Positions 13,701 through 26,955 of a DNA stretch of 64,000 bases are shown here, piece by piece. The number at the start of each line of letters is the position of its first letter. Positions within the stretch are counted from its first letter, which is position 1. A model generated the notes under the pieces. The model saw only the letters and a list, made by a program, of their open reading frames with translations, was not told where the DNA came from and did no database searches. A program made the position numbers and the translations under genes. This DNA is from Hydrolagus affinis (taxonomy: Eukaryota): the NCBI GenBank assembly GCA_012026655.1, contig JAAILG010001574.1, forward strand, positions 1-64,000, written 5' to 3'.

Positions 13701-16700
13701 ACTATGTTATGAATTCACCACACTTGGAAATAGTTCTTGTGTGTGAGGTTTCCGAACCCGCTTCCCAACAATGGCTTACTAATCCTGTGTGGCGGATTGT
13801 GTTGATATTTTGAGGCTGAAACAGTCAAACAATCTATTTCAAAAACGTGAGGTATTCTTGCAGCAGTTTGATAATTCCATTCATAATTTCAAGGTTTAAA
13901 CAGTGTGGTGAGTCGCAAACACAAATGTAAAAAGAATGACAATGTGAAGCATGTATGATTTGTGTGTTTCGAAGAGCCTAGGTCCAACCCTCCATTGCTT
14001 GTATACTGGCAACATTGTCAACCTGGCTATTAATTTTATTGATTTTTCTGCTTTGAAGAAAATCAACAAGTGCAGCATTGAATACAGCAAATGCATTAAA
14101 CTTTACTGATGGACACAAATGATGAGCTGTACTGCTTTTCCCCCAGGCTTTGATGTGATATGTCCTTATCACCATTCTAGACCAGATGGGAAGACTGCTT
14201 CTTGGCAGTGAATCCACTAAAATCTTTAAGTTTCAATTGCCAATGGGAGAATCAGCAGTTCTCTGATGTAAGGTGATCCCCAGAATTAACCCTGTTGTGG
14301 TTTCGGAGCTCCCACTGTCAGGAATGTTAGTGCTTTCACTCTTAAGCTTCCTACAGCAACTTCTGTAGCACTGCAACGTGTTTAAGCCCCTGAACCTACC
14401 AAAATGACAGCATAAGACAGATAGTAGATAGTCTAGTTGAATTGTGGAGAGCACTATCCTTCCCAGTGAAAATCTGTAAATTGTATTAAATCTGTTAGTA
14501 CGATTAACAGAATATAAATACTTGAAGCCTTTACACATGCTGTCAATCTACGAACTAGGCTTCCCACCCTGCCAAACAGAATGCCAACCCTTCTTTGAAA
14601 TATTTAAGAATATTGGTTTTGTCATCACTGGCCATATGGCTCTTCCATTCATGAAGAACAGTTGGTGAAGTGTTTATTGTGACCATCTGCTCCTTTATGC
14701 CTGTTTGTCATGACCGGTGTGCATAGTGTAGAGCAACTCACTTCATCACGGGAGTATTTCTGACTGCCATTGAAGGATCTAGCACAAAAATGTTTTGGTT
14801 ACGTTTCATAATAGTATTTTATTTCTAGAGCTCCCAAGCAAAGAGATTGGTTATTTCTTTGTAATAGTACCTCTGTAATCCTTTGCTGAGTTGTTGAAAT
14901 GTAGGGGGGAAAAAAGTGGGAATCTCACTCTGTGGACTAGACAAAAGTAAATACAGGAAGGTCCATTATAATGCAGCAGTTGGTGGCCAAATAAATCCTA
15001 GCCAACCTTATAATTGGGCATGTTTGCCTCCTGTGGAAATGATATAGGTGACAGACTGATGGCCTAGAAGTCAGCCAATTATTGGACACATTGGCCTACA
15101 AGGTAACATTGTTTTGAGTGGACAGAGTTTTATAATAAATATGGTTATAACAAAGTACATTATTACACAGCTTCTTGGTAATTATTCTTCTCCATGTGCT
15201 TTGAACTACTTCACAGAGAGGATATCACAGAAGGTGGTAATGATGGGGGTGGGGGGATGTGTGGCTGCGGTTTAAAGACTGGAGTTTAAATTCTAGACTG
15301 CTGATCTAAATCCGATTCCCCTCAATAGAGAGGTGTCATTAGTGTCTTCAGCTGTCCATCTCAGGAGGGGGCATTAGGGCCCCCTTATTGGCAGATCAGG
15401 ACCATGCTGTCGTTATCAACAGGAAGACATGCGCAAGTGGAGGCTGCACAAATAAAGGAAATTTCTTCCTGTGGACGCAGCTATTCAAGTTTGCGTCTAT
15501 TTTATCTCAGTGGCAACCCAATTTCTGTGTACCGTTATAGTCAATGTGGTCTAAGGATCCCACCACCAAAGACCTAGACGTAGTTCAGAGGCAAGTGACA
15601 AGGCAACTGTTATGAGGTTCGATAAAACAATTAGCTAAGCCAGGAAGTAAACACGGAACAATTCTCCCAGCTATTTCTAGGGCAGTAGTGCAAGACATTG
15701 TAGTTTCAACAACAACAACAACAAAATTATATGTATAGAGCGCCTTTCATGTCGGGAGGACATCCCAAGTAATAGGTAGAAGCTGGTAGTAGGAAAGGAA
15801 TTTTTGGGACAGACAAGTCCATGTATTCAGCAACCCACTATTTTTAGACAGCTTGTACTTTGCAAAACATTAAGTAGTGATAAGCAAAATTGAAACCCTT
15901 AACCTACGCATCTGCCAAGGTTAGAGCATCCCATTAGCCCATAACTATTGGAAACTCAGCAGTAACTGTTCATTAGGATGAAAGCTGTATTTGCCTCAGT
16001 CACTTACTTCATTACAATGCCGCCTCTAATATCCATTACTGTGCACAATTCATTTCAGTTTTTCGCTCCATGTGGACGATTTCTGGCAGAAAGTAAAAAT
16101 TGTCCTGTCTGATGGCAAAGCAACGTTTGAGACCCGTTATAGTTTGAAAAATTGGGGTCAATTGTGTAATGTTGGTTAATTGAGAAATCCATCAAGGATT
16201 CCCTCCAGTGACCAGATGTAGGGAGTTAGCATGAATTCAAGGGATTCCTATTCAGAAAATAGACCAATTTGAAGTGATCCTGTGAGTTAACACGCCGGCT
16301 ATTGCGTTTCTTAATAAATATTGCATAATTGAACTCTTATGTCCTGTACTTATACTAATTCGATCAAATAAAATGCATTTCGTTGGCCAATCACAGAAGT
16401 TGACCACCACTGCTTTACACCTTTTTTTTTCACTTGGATTTATGCTCTGTTAAATTCTTTGTGTTCGTCTTCGGAGCAGTTTAATTGGAACGCATGCAGA
16501 GCCGTTGTCCCTTCCACCCCCCCACCCCCTCAAATCTCCTCGCCAGTAGCTCAGGATGCTTGGCACACTTTGATGCCACTTGGCTCAATGAAGCTGATGA
16601 TAGCATGCGGGCACTCATGGCACAACAAAGCACAGCTGAATGATGCTTGGCAAGACCCATGGACGGGTTTAGATGCACTGTACCAAACCAAACAGAATCT

Positions 16701-17514
16701 GACATAGCAACAGGGTAGCAGCCACACAATGGCACGCGCTTGCCAACAAGCGAAGCATCGTATGGTATTTGATGATAACAACGCTCTGGTAGAAGAAGTC
16801 CCGCTGTTTGTAAAGAACAGCGTGAGAAAATAAGAAGCACTGATCCACCAGAAGGGTTAGCAGTTGGCAGAGGATCTCATCACTGACAATGCAAATGCAC
16901 TGGATGTTGGTGAGAAGCACTGAACTGACACAGATGCGAGGCAATGCTGAACAGAGTTTCTCTTTAGATTCTAGTGTGCTGGTGGCAGACTGCGCTCAAA
17001 CACAAATAGCAGATATTCTTTGTGCCACTAATTAGTGTTGAGATGAAAGTCTGCCTCGTGAGTTATTATTAGGGAGTTCGTTTTTGTACAACTTGCCATG
17101 ATTTTTTTGTTAGGTCTGTGATTACTTGTGGAATTGAATAGGTGGGACAACCTGTTGCTGACGTTCTATCTAACTGAGAAATAATGTAAGAAATGCAACT
17201 CAGCCAACCTCAGGGTCAGCATTTAACCCTTCCCCGTCCCCACCCCCGAAATATTGCCGCTCACTTCTACAGCCTTGCCGCTCAATATTTCTTTTGACGA
17301 AGCATCAAAATATTTGCAAAACGAATTTCTTTAAAACCCACTGACCCAATGGTCTCATTCATCTACTAACAGTCTGCCAAAGGTTCACAAGAAATGAAAG
17401 TTTTTTGAGAGTCACTGACTGCGTTGGTTCTGCTGTTAAGCGCGAGCCATTCGCCGTAGCTTTGTTGTGAATGTTGCTGATTAACTGTTGTATTTCCCTG
17501 CACTGAAACCTGCC

Positions 17515-17598
17515 TAAGGTTTCACCCTGCATGGAATCGAACCCAGGTAACTCCCGCTTGTAAGGTGAGTGCTCTGACCACTGAGCTACAGGACTCCC
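17515..17598 (-). mobile_element. SINE tRNA-like head only
   Basis: ggaatcgaacccagg...accactgagctacaggactcc (B and A boxes on the minus strand). Confidence 0.75.
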
Positions 17599-17710
17599 AA
17601 TTGTTATTACCGTACAAATGTATCAAAGACTGCAAAGTATACACGGAAAGTATATATTTTTCGATCCCTTTCGCTTTCTTGATCGTGATCCCCCCCTCTG
17701 GTTTCCTCAG

Positions 17711-17893
17711 ATGATAGTGCCTCTGCAGCCAGCAGCATGGAGGTCACTGATCGGGTCGCTTCTCTGGAGCAGCGAGTGCAGATGCAGGAAGACGAGATCC
17801 AGCTGTTGAAGTCGGCGTTGGCTGATGTCGTCCGACGCCTGAACGTATCTGAGGAGCAACAGGCCATGCTCACCAGGAAAGGACCAACCAAAG
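17711..17893 (+). CDS. EML1: EML1 exon 2 (trimerisation coiled coil), 183 nt, phase 1-1
   Basis: ttcctcag|AT GAT AGT GCC...ATG GAG GTC ACT...CCA ACC AAA G|gtaaat; encodes DSASAASSMEVTDRVASLEQRVQMQEDEIQLLKSALADVVRRLNVSEEQQAMLTRKGPTK. Confidence 0.95.
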
Positions 17894-19180
17894 GTAAATC
17901 TGAGCGAGTACCACAGCAGGATGTGAATTAACCGGGCTGTCCATCATGTGTCTCTGTAGCCACCACCACATCGTACAAGGGCTCGTAAGTGTCCTTGACT
18001 TGACAAAGTGTGGGCTGGGTGCGAGTTAAATTCAAACACGTACGGTAGACAACCAGGAGAGACTCAGATATGTTAGGAACTAAACCAGCAGAAGTTCAGA
18101 AACATGTCAGTCATGATACTATAAGGGGTCAGGTACATGGCAAGTGCCAAGCCATCAGATGCTCAGGTATATACAGGTATGAGACCTTCAGGAATTGATC
18201 TCATTACCCGTCCCGTCCCCCCCCCCCCCACACACACACACACACACGATATGTGTTCTCACTCAGATCCATTAATTGGATGAATGTTAATGCGGTGACC
18301 AAGATTAGACTCTTGAATGGTCTTATCCTTCTTATCCTTCGGTATGCCTCTACACATATTTTGCTGTTATCGATAGACCATGAGTGACATCATGCCTCTT
18401 TATCTAATGCTGCCTATTCTCATTGGAGAGGTGTGTGAATCAAGCGGCTAAGTGATAAATGCAACATATTTCAGACCCTTGTCTATGAAACGAGAAATCT
18501 GTGGCAATTTAAAAAAAAAGTAACTTGTAAATAGCTCTGAATAGTAAAGACTAACCAATGAACCTTATCCTAATTACAGTCTTTTCTTAACTTAATTTAG
18601 TGAAATGCCTACCTTGGCCTCTGTGCTTAGCTTATCCACTGGTGGTAACTAATTTAATCCCAATTCCCTGCTTTTTCCCTTTATGTCGTTGCATTTGGGA
18701 ATATTTCTGTTGTCGTTTGATGACCACGCTGATGTTTTGATCAGTGCATCATTGTACAAAACCTACAATTAAAATATGTATGAAAGCGCTGTGTGAAATA
18801 CTGATTTTCAAAACTATCAATGTTACTATCCCTTTACACCAACATGGAGGACAGGACGCTGGATACGTGAGCATTCTTTGTAACAGTCAGTCGAAGTCTT
18901 TATCTTTCTGACCTGATGATTTTAATATCTTAGCATAAATAATGAAACCCAGTTGGAGCCAATGTGTGTTTTGTGGGGCTTTTATCCTTCCCTTACTGCT
19001 GAGATACTTTCAGTGGCTTATTTCTTTGATCTTTTTTTTAACTTGGATCATGCTGTTCGCTTTATAGTTCTGTTTTTTTTTGTTTGTATTTCAGTCACGT
19101 TTTCTGCATTTTATTTTCTCCTTCCCTTCTGTTTCTGCCTTTCTTCTTTTGCCAAATCTTCCCCGTTCTGGACTTTTTAG

Positions 19181-19246
19181 ATCAGGCAGCATCTGAGCGA
19201 GCAGCCAGTACCACAGCTGGTAGACAGGGCAGTGCTAGCAAACCAG
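19181..19246 (+). CDS. EML1: Candidate EML1 cassette exon, 66 nt, phase 1-1 (DQAASERAASTTAGRQGSASKP)
   Basis: Long AG-free pyrimidine tract ending tttttag; strong donor CAG|gtaagc; symmetric and stop-free between exons 2 and 3. Confidence 0.6.
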
Positions 19247-19550
19247 GTAAGCAGTGGACTTTCACATCCCCTCGACTCAATAGATACAAGTCCCCTATAG
19301 TGTACTGAGGGCATTCGTCGAAGATGCTGACAATCGAGTTACTGCTACAACTCCTTATGTTGAAAACCATGCAATTAAAATTCAGGCCCGTTTCTGCTGC
19401 AGACTCGATAATTAATTAATGATAATGGATTCAATGTAAAGTCTATTTCTTTTCTGACTGTGTTATTAAGCTAATGAAACCTTGGTGTCTCAATAATAAT
19501 CATTTTTATTTTAACCCCAGTTGCTGAGTTGCTTATCTTCTTTCTTTTTT

Positions 19551-19556
<6 letters not shown>

Positions 19557-19582
<26 letters not shown>
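19557..19582. repeat. (CT)n microsatellite
   Basis: Directly visible; another at ~46315-46343. Confidence 0.9.
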
Positions 19583-19583
<1 letters not shown>

Positions 19584-20601
19584 GCTCATTTTTATGCCCC
19601 TTAATATGCGGCCCCTTTTTCTTTGAATCTCTTTGGGATCTTACTATACACAGAATTTCTCGTGTTAGGTAGATAAATAGAGTGAGTGAGTTGAAGTCTA
19701 TGACCAAGTCCATGGGCTTTTTGCATGGTCTTTTCAGCTGTGGGCTTAATGGCCAAATGCCCTTTCTTGTCCCGTGCTATTTTGTTCCTTTGCACTTATG
19801 TGCCTGTTAAATAGTCAAAGCCGGGTCCAACCCAAAGGGTTCCTTCACACTGTTCCTTGTCTGCCCTATTTACTTGCTTTGGAAGCATGTTGAACACAGA
19901 GGGTCCTGGCAAACAGCCACCACACATCAATGACTGCTCATTTGTTTGCCCTGAATTAGCAACTGACACACTAACAAGCAAGGTTTGCAAATGGCACTCT
20001 GATCCGACACTGAGGGGAAAAGGACGTCCCCTGATAGATGGCAAAATCCTTAATAAGCAACAATACCATCCTTTTAATTATTGCATTCAATAAGGCAGAG
20101 ACACAGGATAATGAAGAACTTCAGACTAGTGTTTAAACATCATTCCTTGTTAAACGACCAAAGTACAAAGGAAATAACCTTTGAACAACAGCAGGAGTCG
20201 CCTCAAGGCTCACTCTATACTTATCGAGAGAAGCTGCATTCAATGTCCGATTTTTCACATCGTCTCGAAATGCCTTGTGGTGGAGATGGCAGTTCTTTGA
20301 ACATTCTTTAAAGAAAACTTTTAGATTTGTTAGTAATTTTCATAATTTAAATACAGATTTATATATATATATATATCCAAACGCTTGGCACCGTACCACA
20401 CAAAGCCAAGTACTGTAATATTTTATTAGAGAGCTGCCACTTTCTCAATCAGTCTAATTGCTTTCAATTCATTACCGTTGAAATTCCTATTGTCAGCAAG
20501 TGTCAACAAATAGAAAAGCATTCCCAATAAATAGTAAATTATTGCTTTGATCATTCATTTATTGCATTCATTTATTTCATTTACATTCATTGTTGCTTTG
20601 T

Positions 20602-20893
20602 GGAGTCGTGTAGCTCAGTGGTTAGAGCACTCGCCTTGCAAGGTTCGATTCTAGACAGGGCGAAACCTTGGGCAAGTTTCCTTACTCCACACACCTGATA
20701 ATAATCCCTCAAAAAAGCCAATAATAAATTGGTCATTTCAATCCACGGCTGTTTGTGGAGACACTTGGCTGCCGCTTTAGCCCCAAAATATCCAGTCAAT
20801 TCACTTCACAGTATATTCCGTGAAGCACTTTGAGACGTCCAGAAGATGTGAAAAGCACTACGTCAAATGCTGGATTATCATTATTATTATTAT
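20602..20893 (+). mobile_element. Same SINE family
   Basis: ggagtcgtgtagctcagtggttagagcactcgcc...ggattatcattattatt. Confidence 0.85.
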
Positions 20894-21659
20894 TTACAAT
20901 CTCTGAGATGCTGTAATCAATCAACAACCCTTGCACAAGACTTTGTATGGTGTCTCATCTTGATGGCTAAGTGGGTTAAGGTTCACCCCAATGTATTTCC
21001 ATAAGGCCATTCAGATCACATTCACTGTTGGCTTCTCTTAGTAAGGGTTGTGGAACATGTCTGCTAGTCCCAGAAAGGGAATGGAGGAAAAAATCAGATA
21101 GAATTCCCTGATCTTGAGATATCTTGATTCAGTGACTCCCACTGGTCATCTTGAAATATGGGGACCATGGATTTTATATTATTGCAGGTAATTAATTGTC
21201 AGCACCTTGGGATGTCCTCCCGATGTGAAAGGCGCTCTACAAATGTAATTTTGTTGTTGTGAAGTTTTCTCAGGTGTTTCAATGTGACCAGGTATTATTG
21301 AGCGATAATTATTCATTTGTTTCTTTCCAGCTCTCTTTTCAATAGGCGAGGCATCATAAAATGGCTTTTCTTATGATTCTTTCCCATGCAATTTTTGAGA
21401 GTGATCACTTTGAATTCTTGCTGCTCAACCCATGTCTTGGAACGAGTGCAATGCTGTTTTTGGAATAGAACCAACAGTGCTGCAAATCACCACAATGCAC
21501 CTTTTCCTCCCGTGCATTCATCTCTAAAGTGAATAGAGTCTGCGATGGAAGAGTGACACCAATGTATTTCAGAGATAATATTCAAAGATCCTTTACTTCG
21601 AGTGTAAAGTTCCCTCTGTTCATCCACAGATGGTAATATGTTCCCTGTTTGGTTTGCAG

Positions 21660-21792
21660 CGAGACCCTTAGTGCAAGCTCTACCATTGAGGCCTACAGTT
21701 AACAATGGAACTGTACTACCAAAGAAACCAAGTGGCTCTCTACCATCTCCATCTGGCATCAGGAAGGATAACACATCACCAGCAACCAAAAG
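21660..21792 (+). CDS. EML1: EML1 exon 3, 133 nt
   Basis: ttgcag|CG AGA CCC TTA...ACC AAA AG|gtgagc; ARPLVQALPLRPTVNNGTVLPKKPSGSLPSPSGIRKDNTSPATK. Confidence 0.93.
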
Positions 21793-24700
21793 GTGAGCAG
21801 CTACTGCCAACTGCAAAGCAACAGGTAACATTACTAGCCTTAACATATCAGGCACCTCTTACAATAGCCCATTACACCACCCAGAGCATCTATAACTCCA
21901 CTGTCCAAAATAACAACATTATTGCATTCTCTACAATGCCATTATTTTTGTCCTGATTTTATTTCAAATGTAGGAAAATTATTTTCCCAATATAGAAACT
22001 CCCGATGTCCACTTGTTATGTAGAGAAAGGAAAGAGAAGGAGATAGTCCAGGGACCCGTTGAGTCCACTCACAGAATAATTTCTCTCATTCTACCTCCAC
22101 CCACAACTGGAACCCCACCTCCCTCCTTCTGATGGTCACTCGGTCTCCTCCTCAGAAAGACGAAAAATTGAGAAAAAAATATCTGTTTTCAAATGGCCAT
22201 TTTAAATTCCTCTTTGACACTCAAAGGCAGTTGAGCTATCTCCGGGAGATAACTATCTCCTAGTCTAATTGAATCCATCCTTTTATAGTATTATTCCCCG
22301 CAGTTTTTACCTTGATTGTTTGCTTTGTTCTACCATTCAGTGTAATGTTAAACCTTTTCATGATCTTGCAGTTACAAATATTGGCCACAATCCCCATACT
22401 TGTGTTTGTTCATGGTAACTTTATTTATGATTAGTATAACTGAGACATTTCAATAATGCCTATGGCACTTTGTAGCTCTTTTTGTAATAAAAGATCTTCC
22501 GAGAGTGTCATAAATCTTGCAAGAATTCACAGTGTAATCTCAGAAAACACCAGGAATTTATAACAATGGCATTTTATGTGATGGTTTCATAACGTGTATC
22601 ATGTTTGCAGTTATGGGCACCAAAGTTCGATCAATGTTCGCTTATTCAGGTTTTCACTTTCCCAATGCGTTTGGGTCCGTGTTTCAAGCCTTGAATAAGA
22701 TTTGAAATGAGATTATAATAAATGAACAAAAAAGAGCAAAATTGCGTTTGCCGTGATTCACAGCACCCTTCTCCCCAGCTGATACTCCTGCCAGTCACCA
22801 GTGAAAGGCCAGTTTTCACAGAACTGAACTGTCAGCAATGAACACGGCAGGAAACAACAAAACTCACTTTGCCAGATCGAAGCTTCAGATCTTTTGTAGA
22901 GACGCAGTTTGAAACAGCCATTAGCTTGCCAAGGTTTTGTGTGTGTACAGACGAGACGGTCTGTGGGGGCAAACCCACAGCTTTAGTCAATGTGGATTGT
23001 TGGGCAAATAGTTTTTCGATTAAATCTGTATCACTATTTAATAGCTGTAATTACAGCTTCCTGCAAACATAATGACCACTGAGGGGAATAAGTGTATTGC
23101 TCACATCCAGGACGCAGTGGGCATAGTTACAACATCCCAACAAATGAATTGCTGAAAATACACCAGTATTTATTTTACAGTTGTTAGGTTGGTGGGAAAA
23201 GATCCCTCAGTAATACTGCTGTTTCTTGAATTAAATGGTGGTATTATTACTTTTTGCAATCGTCAGTTTTAACTCTTGAGCTGTTATCGCTAACCATTGA
23301 CTCAGTCGTCAAGCACTGATGAAAGGGATATGTGGTTAGCATCATGGACGCTTGTAGGACGTCCTTCCGACGTGAAAGGCGCTCTACAAATGTAATTTTG
23401 TTCTTGTTGCTGTGCGCAATTGGCAACCACATACCGCCCACAAAATACACAGAAAATCCATTTTACAACATATTCCGTGAAGCACTTTGAGATGTGATAA
23501 GGCGCTATATCAAATGCAAGGATTATTAAGCGCATTCCTCTGTATCTGAACTCTTTTTATTTGCTCCTTAAATGAGTTCCTTTAAGATAATCTGCTTGTA
23601 GGTTTCACTTTCTGCCGCTTTGCAGAGGTTTACAATGGTGCAGTGCAACATTTCCACACGATACAATTCTTTTACGACTCAATATATCTGTACGTTAAGA
23701 ATGGATGATTGATATTTTGTCCTCAAGTTTTTATTTTGGTTGACAGTTAGGGCTAAACTTGTTTGGCGTTTTCCCAAGAAGTCTATTCATGTTATTTACA
23801 TTGAGACGGGTATTCCCAGCTGCTTTGGACAGTGGGGTAGAACTTTAATGACTTTCTGATTATGTATGCAGAACAGCTTCGCCTGAATAATTCAAAGTTA
23901 AATTACTTTGAAAGTAGCTAACTACACGCACAAAAAAATGTCACAGTACCCACACATAACTGCAAAGATACCATTCTGGGTAGCAGTTCATGGATAATTT
24001 TCGAGTACAGTTAACTGCGACTTAACCGTCATTGTTAATATCTGAATAAGCTCTCAAAGAGACAAAAAAGAACTGCTCTTTCACGCCTGGTAGGATAGAC
24101 CTGTTTATGCAAACGTTCTTCTATCTGATCAGACGAATGTTACACAGATTAGCTGGGGTAGCACTGGGATGAAACTGACAAAGATTACATTGATGTGGAC
24201 TTGATCAGAGCCCGGCTTGCCACAAATTGCCAGTCAATGTAATATTTTGTGGCATTTAAATTAGGAGTCATCATTAGGGGCAATCTTACTTTGGCTAATT
24301 AGGTGAAATTGTTAAATACAGAGAGATTTTTGAGCATCATTAGCCAGTGTAAATTCATCTGCCATTAGCTCTAACATTTACATTTAAAGTGGAAGGGACT
24401 ACAAATCATTGGAACTATCATCTTTGTATGTGGAGTTCTGGTGATTAAAGCACTCGCTTCACAAGCGTGAGGACCTGGGTTCGATTCTCGGGCAGGGTGA
24501 AATGTTGGCCACATCTCCTTACACCACACACATACTTCTGTTTAGCTAGCATTAAGTAGAAATTTGGTTGTTAGTAGATTGATTTGCCAGCAAGGAACTA
24601 AAGGGTAGGTGATGGATAGGAAGCCCTGCGTCCTGTATACACACACACACAAACACATGACACATACCCCACTCACAAACACATAAACAAACTCACACGA

Positions 24701-26168
24701 GCATTGCCAACAGGGGTTTCACAACTTGTCTGTTAGATGGAGGAATATTGTGTGGCCCTGCAGCACTTAATAAAAAAAAGAGCAGAGAAACCATATTAAC
24801 AAAAATGGGAGGTGATGAATGTATCTTTCTGCGCAAACTTATAATTATAAAGCTTTTCTTCTTTCATGGAAGCAAACATCTCATCATATTCTAAGTTGCC
24901 TTTCGTTTGGCAACTCCTTTAATGATAATGTTCAAAGGTTACTTTGCAAACGCCCACAATGGGTTTCTTGTTGATGTACTCACAGGGTCACCAGCTGCAG
25001 CAGAACCAAACTGCCAAGGGCAGGTCAGCGTCAGCCTGTCGTTACCTAATTTCACCTTTCAGGTCCGATATGCGTTGTGTGTACCAGGATTTGTGAATAT
25101 CCAATCATGTCAATACCAGGTGTATGTGTGTGTGTCACACAGATTCATGGAGATTCTGTTCAGAAACCATCTCCTTCAGGGCTATGATCCCATGTGTCAA
25201 CGTACACACAAATGCGATTGAGATCTTACTCGCTTTGTAAATACAAGTTGTTGTTGTTATAATAGACGTCTATTGCCTGCTGGAGGTGAACTTAGGAATT
25301 CTATTCATATCCCGTTCTGAATCCTGAATCCTGCATCTTAGACCCGGTTGTCAGTGACTTGGGATGTCCTCCCAATGTGAAAGGTGCTCTAATAATGCAA
25401 TTTTAATTTTGTTGCTACTGTTTCAGTGCTTTGGGACGTCTTCCTGACGTGAAAGGCGCTATCTATACAAGTGTCATTTTGTTTTTCTCGCTGTATGTGT
25501 ATATTCAAAAGGTATTGGATTTCCCTTTGGTTTTCTTTGTCTGCTCCTGTTTAATCTCTCCATAGTATTACTAACGGTGCTCAGTCCTTCAGGTTCTGAT
25601 GAAGGGACCACATTTCTATTTTTCAGATCTTTACGCATACCTGGTGTGCATTTGCAACCATTTCGGTTTCTTTTTGTGCTTCAGATTTCCAGCATGCATG
25701 TTTTGTATTCGTTTCATCTCTTATTCAATTGCCCCACAGGCTTTGGATGTGCCTACTCCACAATTCCCTCCCTGCAAAATCTTATTTCATCCACAGAATT
25801 CCAAGGAGTATGTTAGAAATGCTTTGCCTTACAGTGTGTTGTGCATTAACCCCTCTTGTCAATGGCCATGTGTTAATGGAAGTGACACACTCACTAATAG
25901 TTTTGTGCTTAACCCAGTTGGAGTTCTTTGATCTTCATGATACAGTAATATATCACCGCGAAGATTTATTTTTATTTCACTGGAATGGGTTACCATTACA
26001 GATAATGAACAATTGCCCTTCATGCTACTGTCGTCTCAGTTTAACATCGCAGCATTTGTTTTCTGTCATCTGTCACGTGAGTGTTTTCCATGTGATCTGC
26101 ACTCGTATCTTTAGCGTTTCATTCTTTGTGTTTTCTCTTTCCATAATGCATCTCATTTCTGGATACAG

Positions 26169-26219
26169 CAAGCAGGACTGTCTGGCTAGTATTTCTAAAC
26201 TGAATAAAATTCCCAAAAG
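26169..26219 (+). CDS. EML1: Candidate EML1 cassette exon, 51 nt, phase 2-2 (SKQDCLASISKLNKIPK)
   Basis: Pyrimidine tract then atacag|C AAG CAG...CCC AAA AG|gtgagg; symmetric and in frame between exons 3 and 4. Confidence 0.5.
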
Positions 26220-26348
26220 GTGAGGTTATTGCAAAAACAGTTCATGAGGCATCGACCTACATCTGATTTTCCACATTACAGAACACACTTATCTGGGAAT
26301 TAAAAATTGCAGGTCGGGTAAATTGTAGCTGTAATAAGTTATGATATA

Positions 26349-26955
26349 CAACAACAACTTTGATTTATATAGCGCCCTCTATGCCGGACGGCTTCTCAGA
26401 GCGCTTTACAATAGTGGATCCTGGGACCACAAGCCAGGGGCAGGGGCAGAAAGATGACCAAAAGCGCGGTCGAAGAGAAAGGTCTTCAGCTGTGACCTGA
26501 AACTAGGAAGAGAAGGAGGCGAGGTGAAGGGACTGAGGAAGGGAGTTCCAGAGCCTCAGGGCGTGGTGGCTGAAGGCACGGCCACCGAGGGTGAAGCGGA
26601 GGATTCAGGGGACATGGAGGAGGCCAGACCCAGAGGAGTGAAAGCAGCGGGTGCTGGTTTGGGGGGAGAGGAGATCAGAGAGGTAGGGGGGGTGCAGAGG
26701 AGTGGAGGGATTTGAAAACAAGGGTGAGGATCTTGAAGTCGATCCTCTCTGGGATAGGGAGCCAGTGAAGTCTGCCAAGGACTGGGGTAATGGGGGAGCG
26801 AAGCTTGGAGTGGGTGAGTATGCGGGCAGCAGAGTTCTGGATTAGCTGGATTTTGTGGATTGTGGTGGAGGGGAGATTGGAGAGGAGGGCGTTGCAATAG
26901 TTCAGCCGAGAGGTGACAAAGGCATGGACCAAGGTTTCAGCGGCATATATGACCG
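26349..26955 (-). mobile_element. L2-clade LINE 3' fragment (RT C-terminus, 3' UTR and (GTT)n tail)
   Basis: Minus-strand ORF VHAFVTSRLNYCNALL...IQLIQNSAARILT...LHWLPIPERIDFKIL, typical of the L2 ORF2 C-terminus; tail gggcgctatataaatcaaagttgttgttg. Confidence 0.88.

Noticed and set aside
23005-23072. Peptide IKSVSLFNSC resembling a recalled EML1 alternative-exon sequence
   Set aside because: No pyrimidine tract and no phase-2 donor; the frame runs into a stop, so likely chance
26675-26932. RT-like ORF as a functional gene
   Set aside because: Only the C-terminal fragment of a 5'-truncated, frameshifted L2 element
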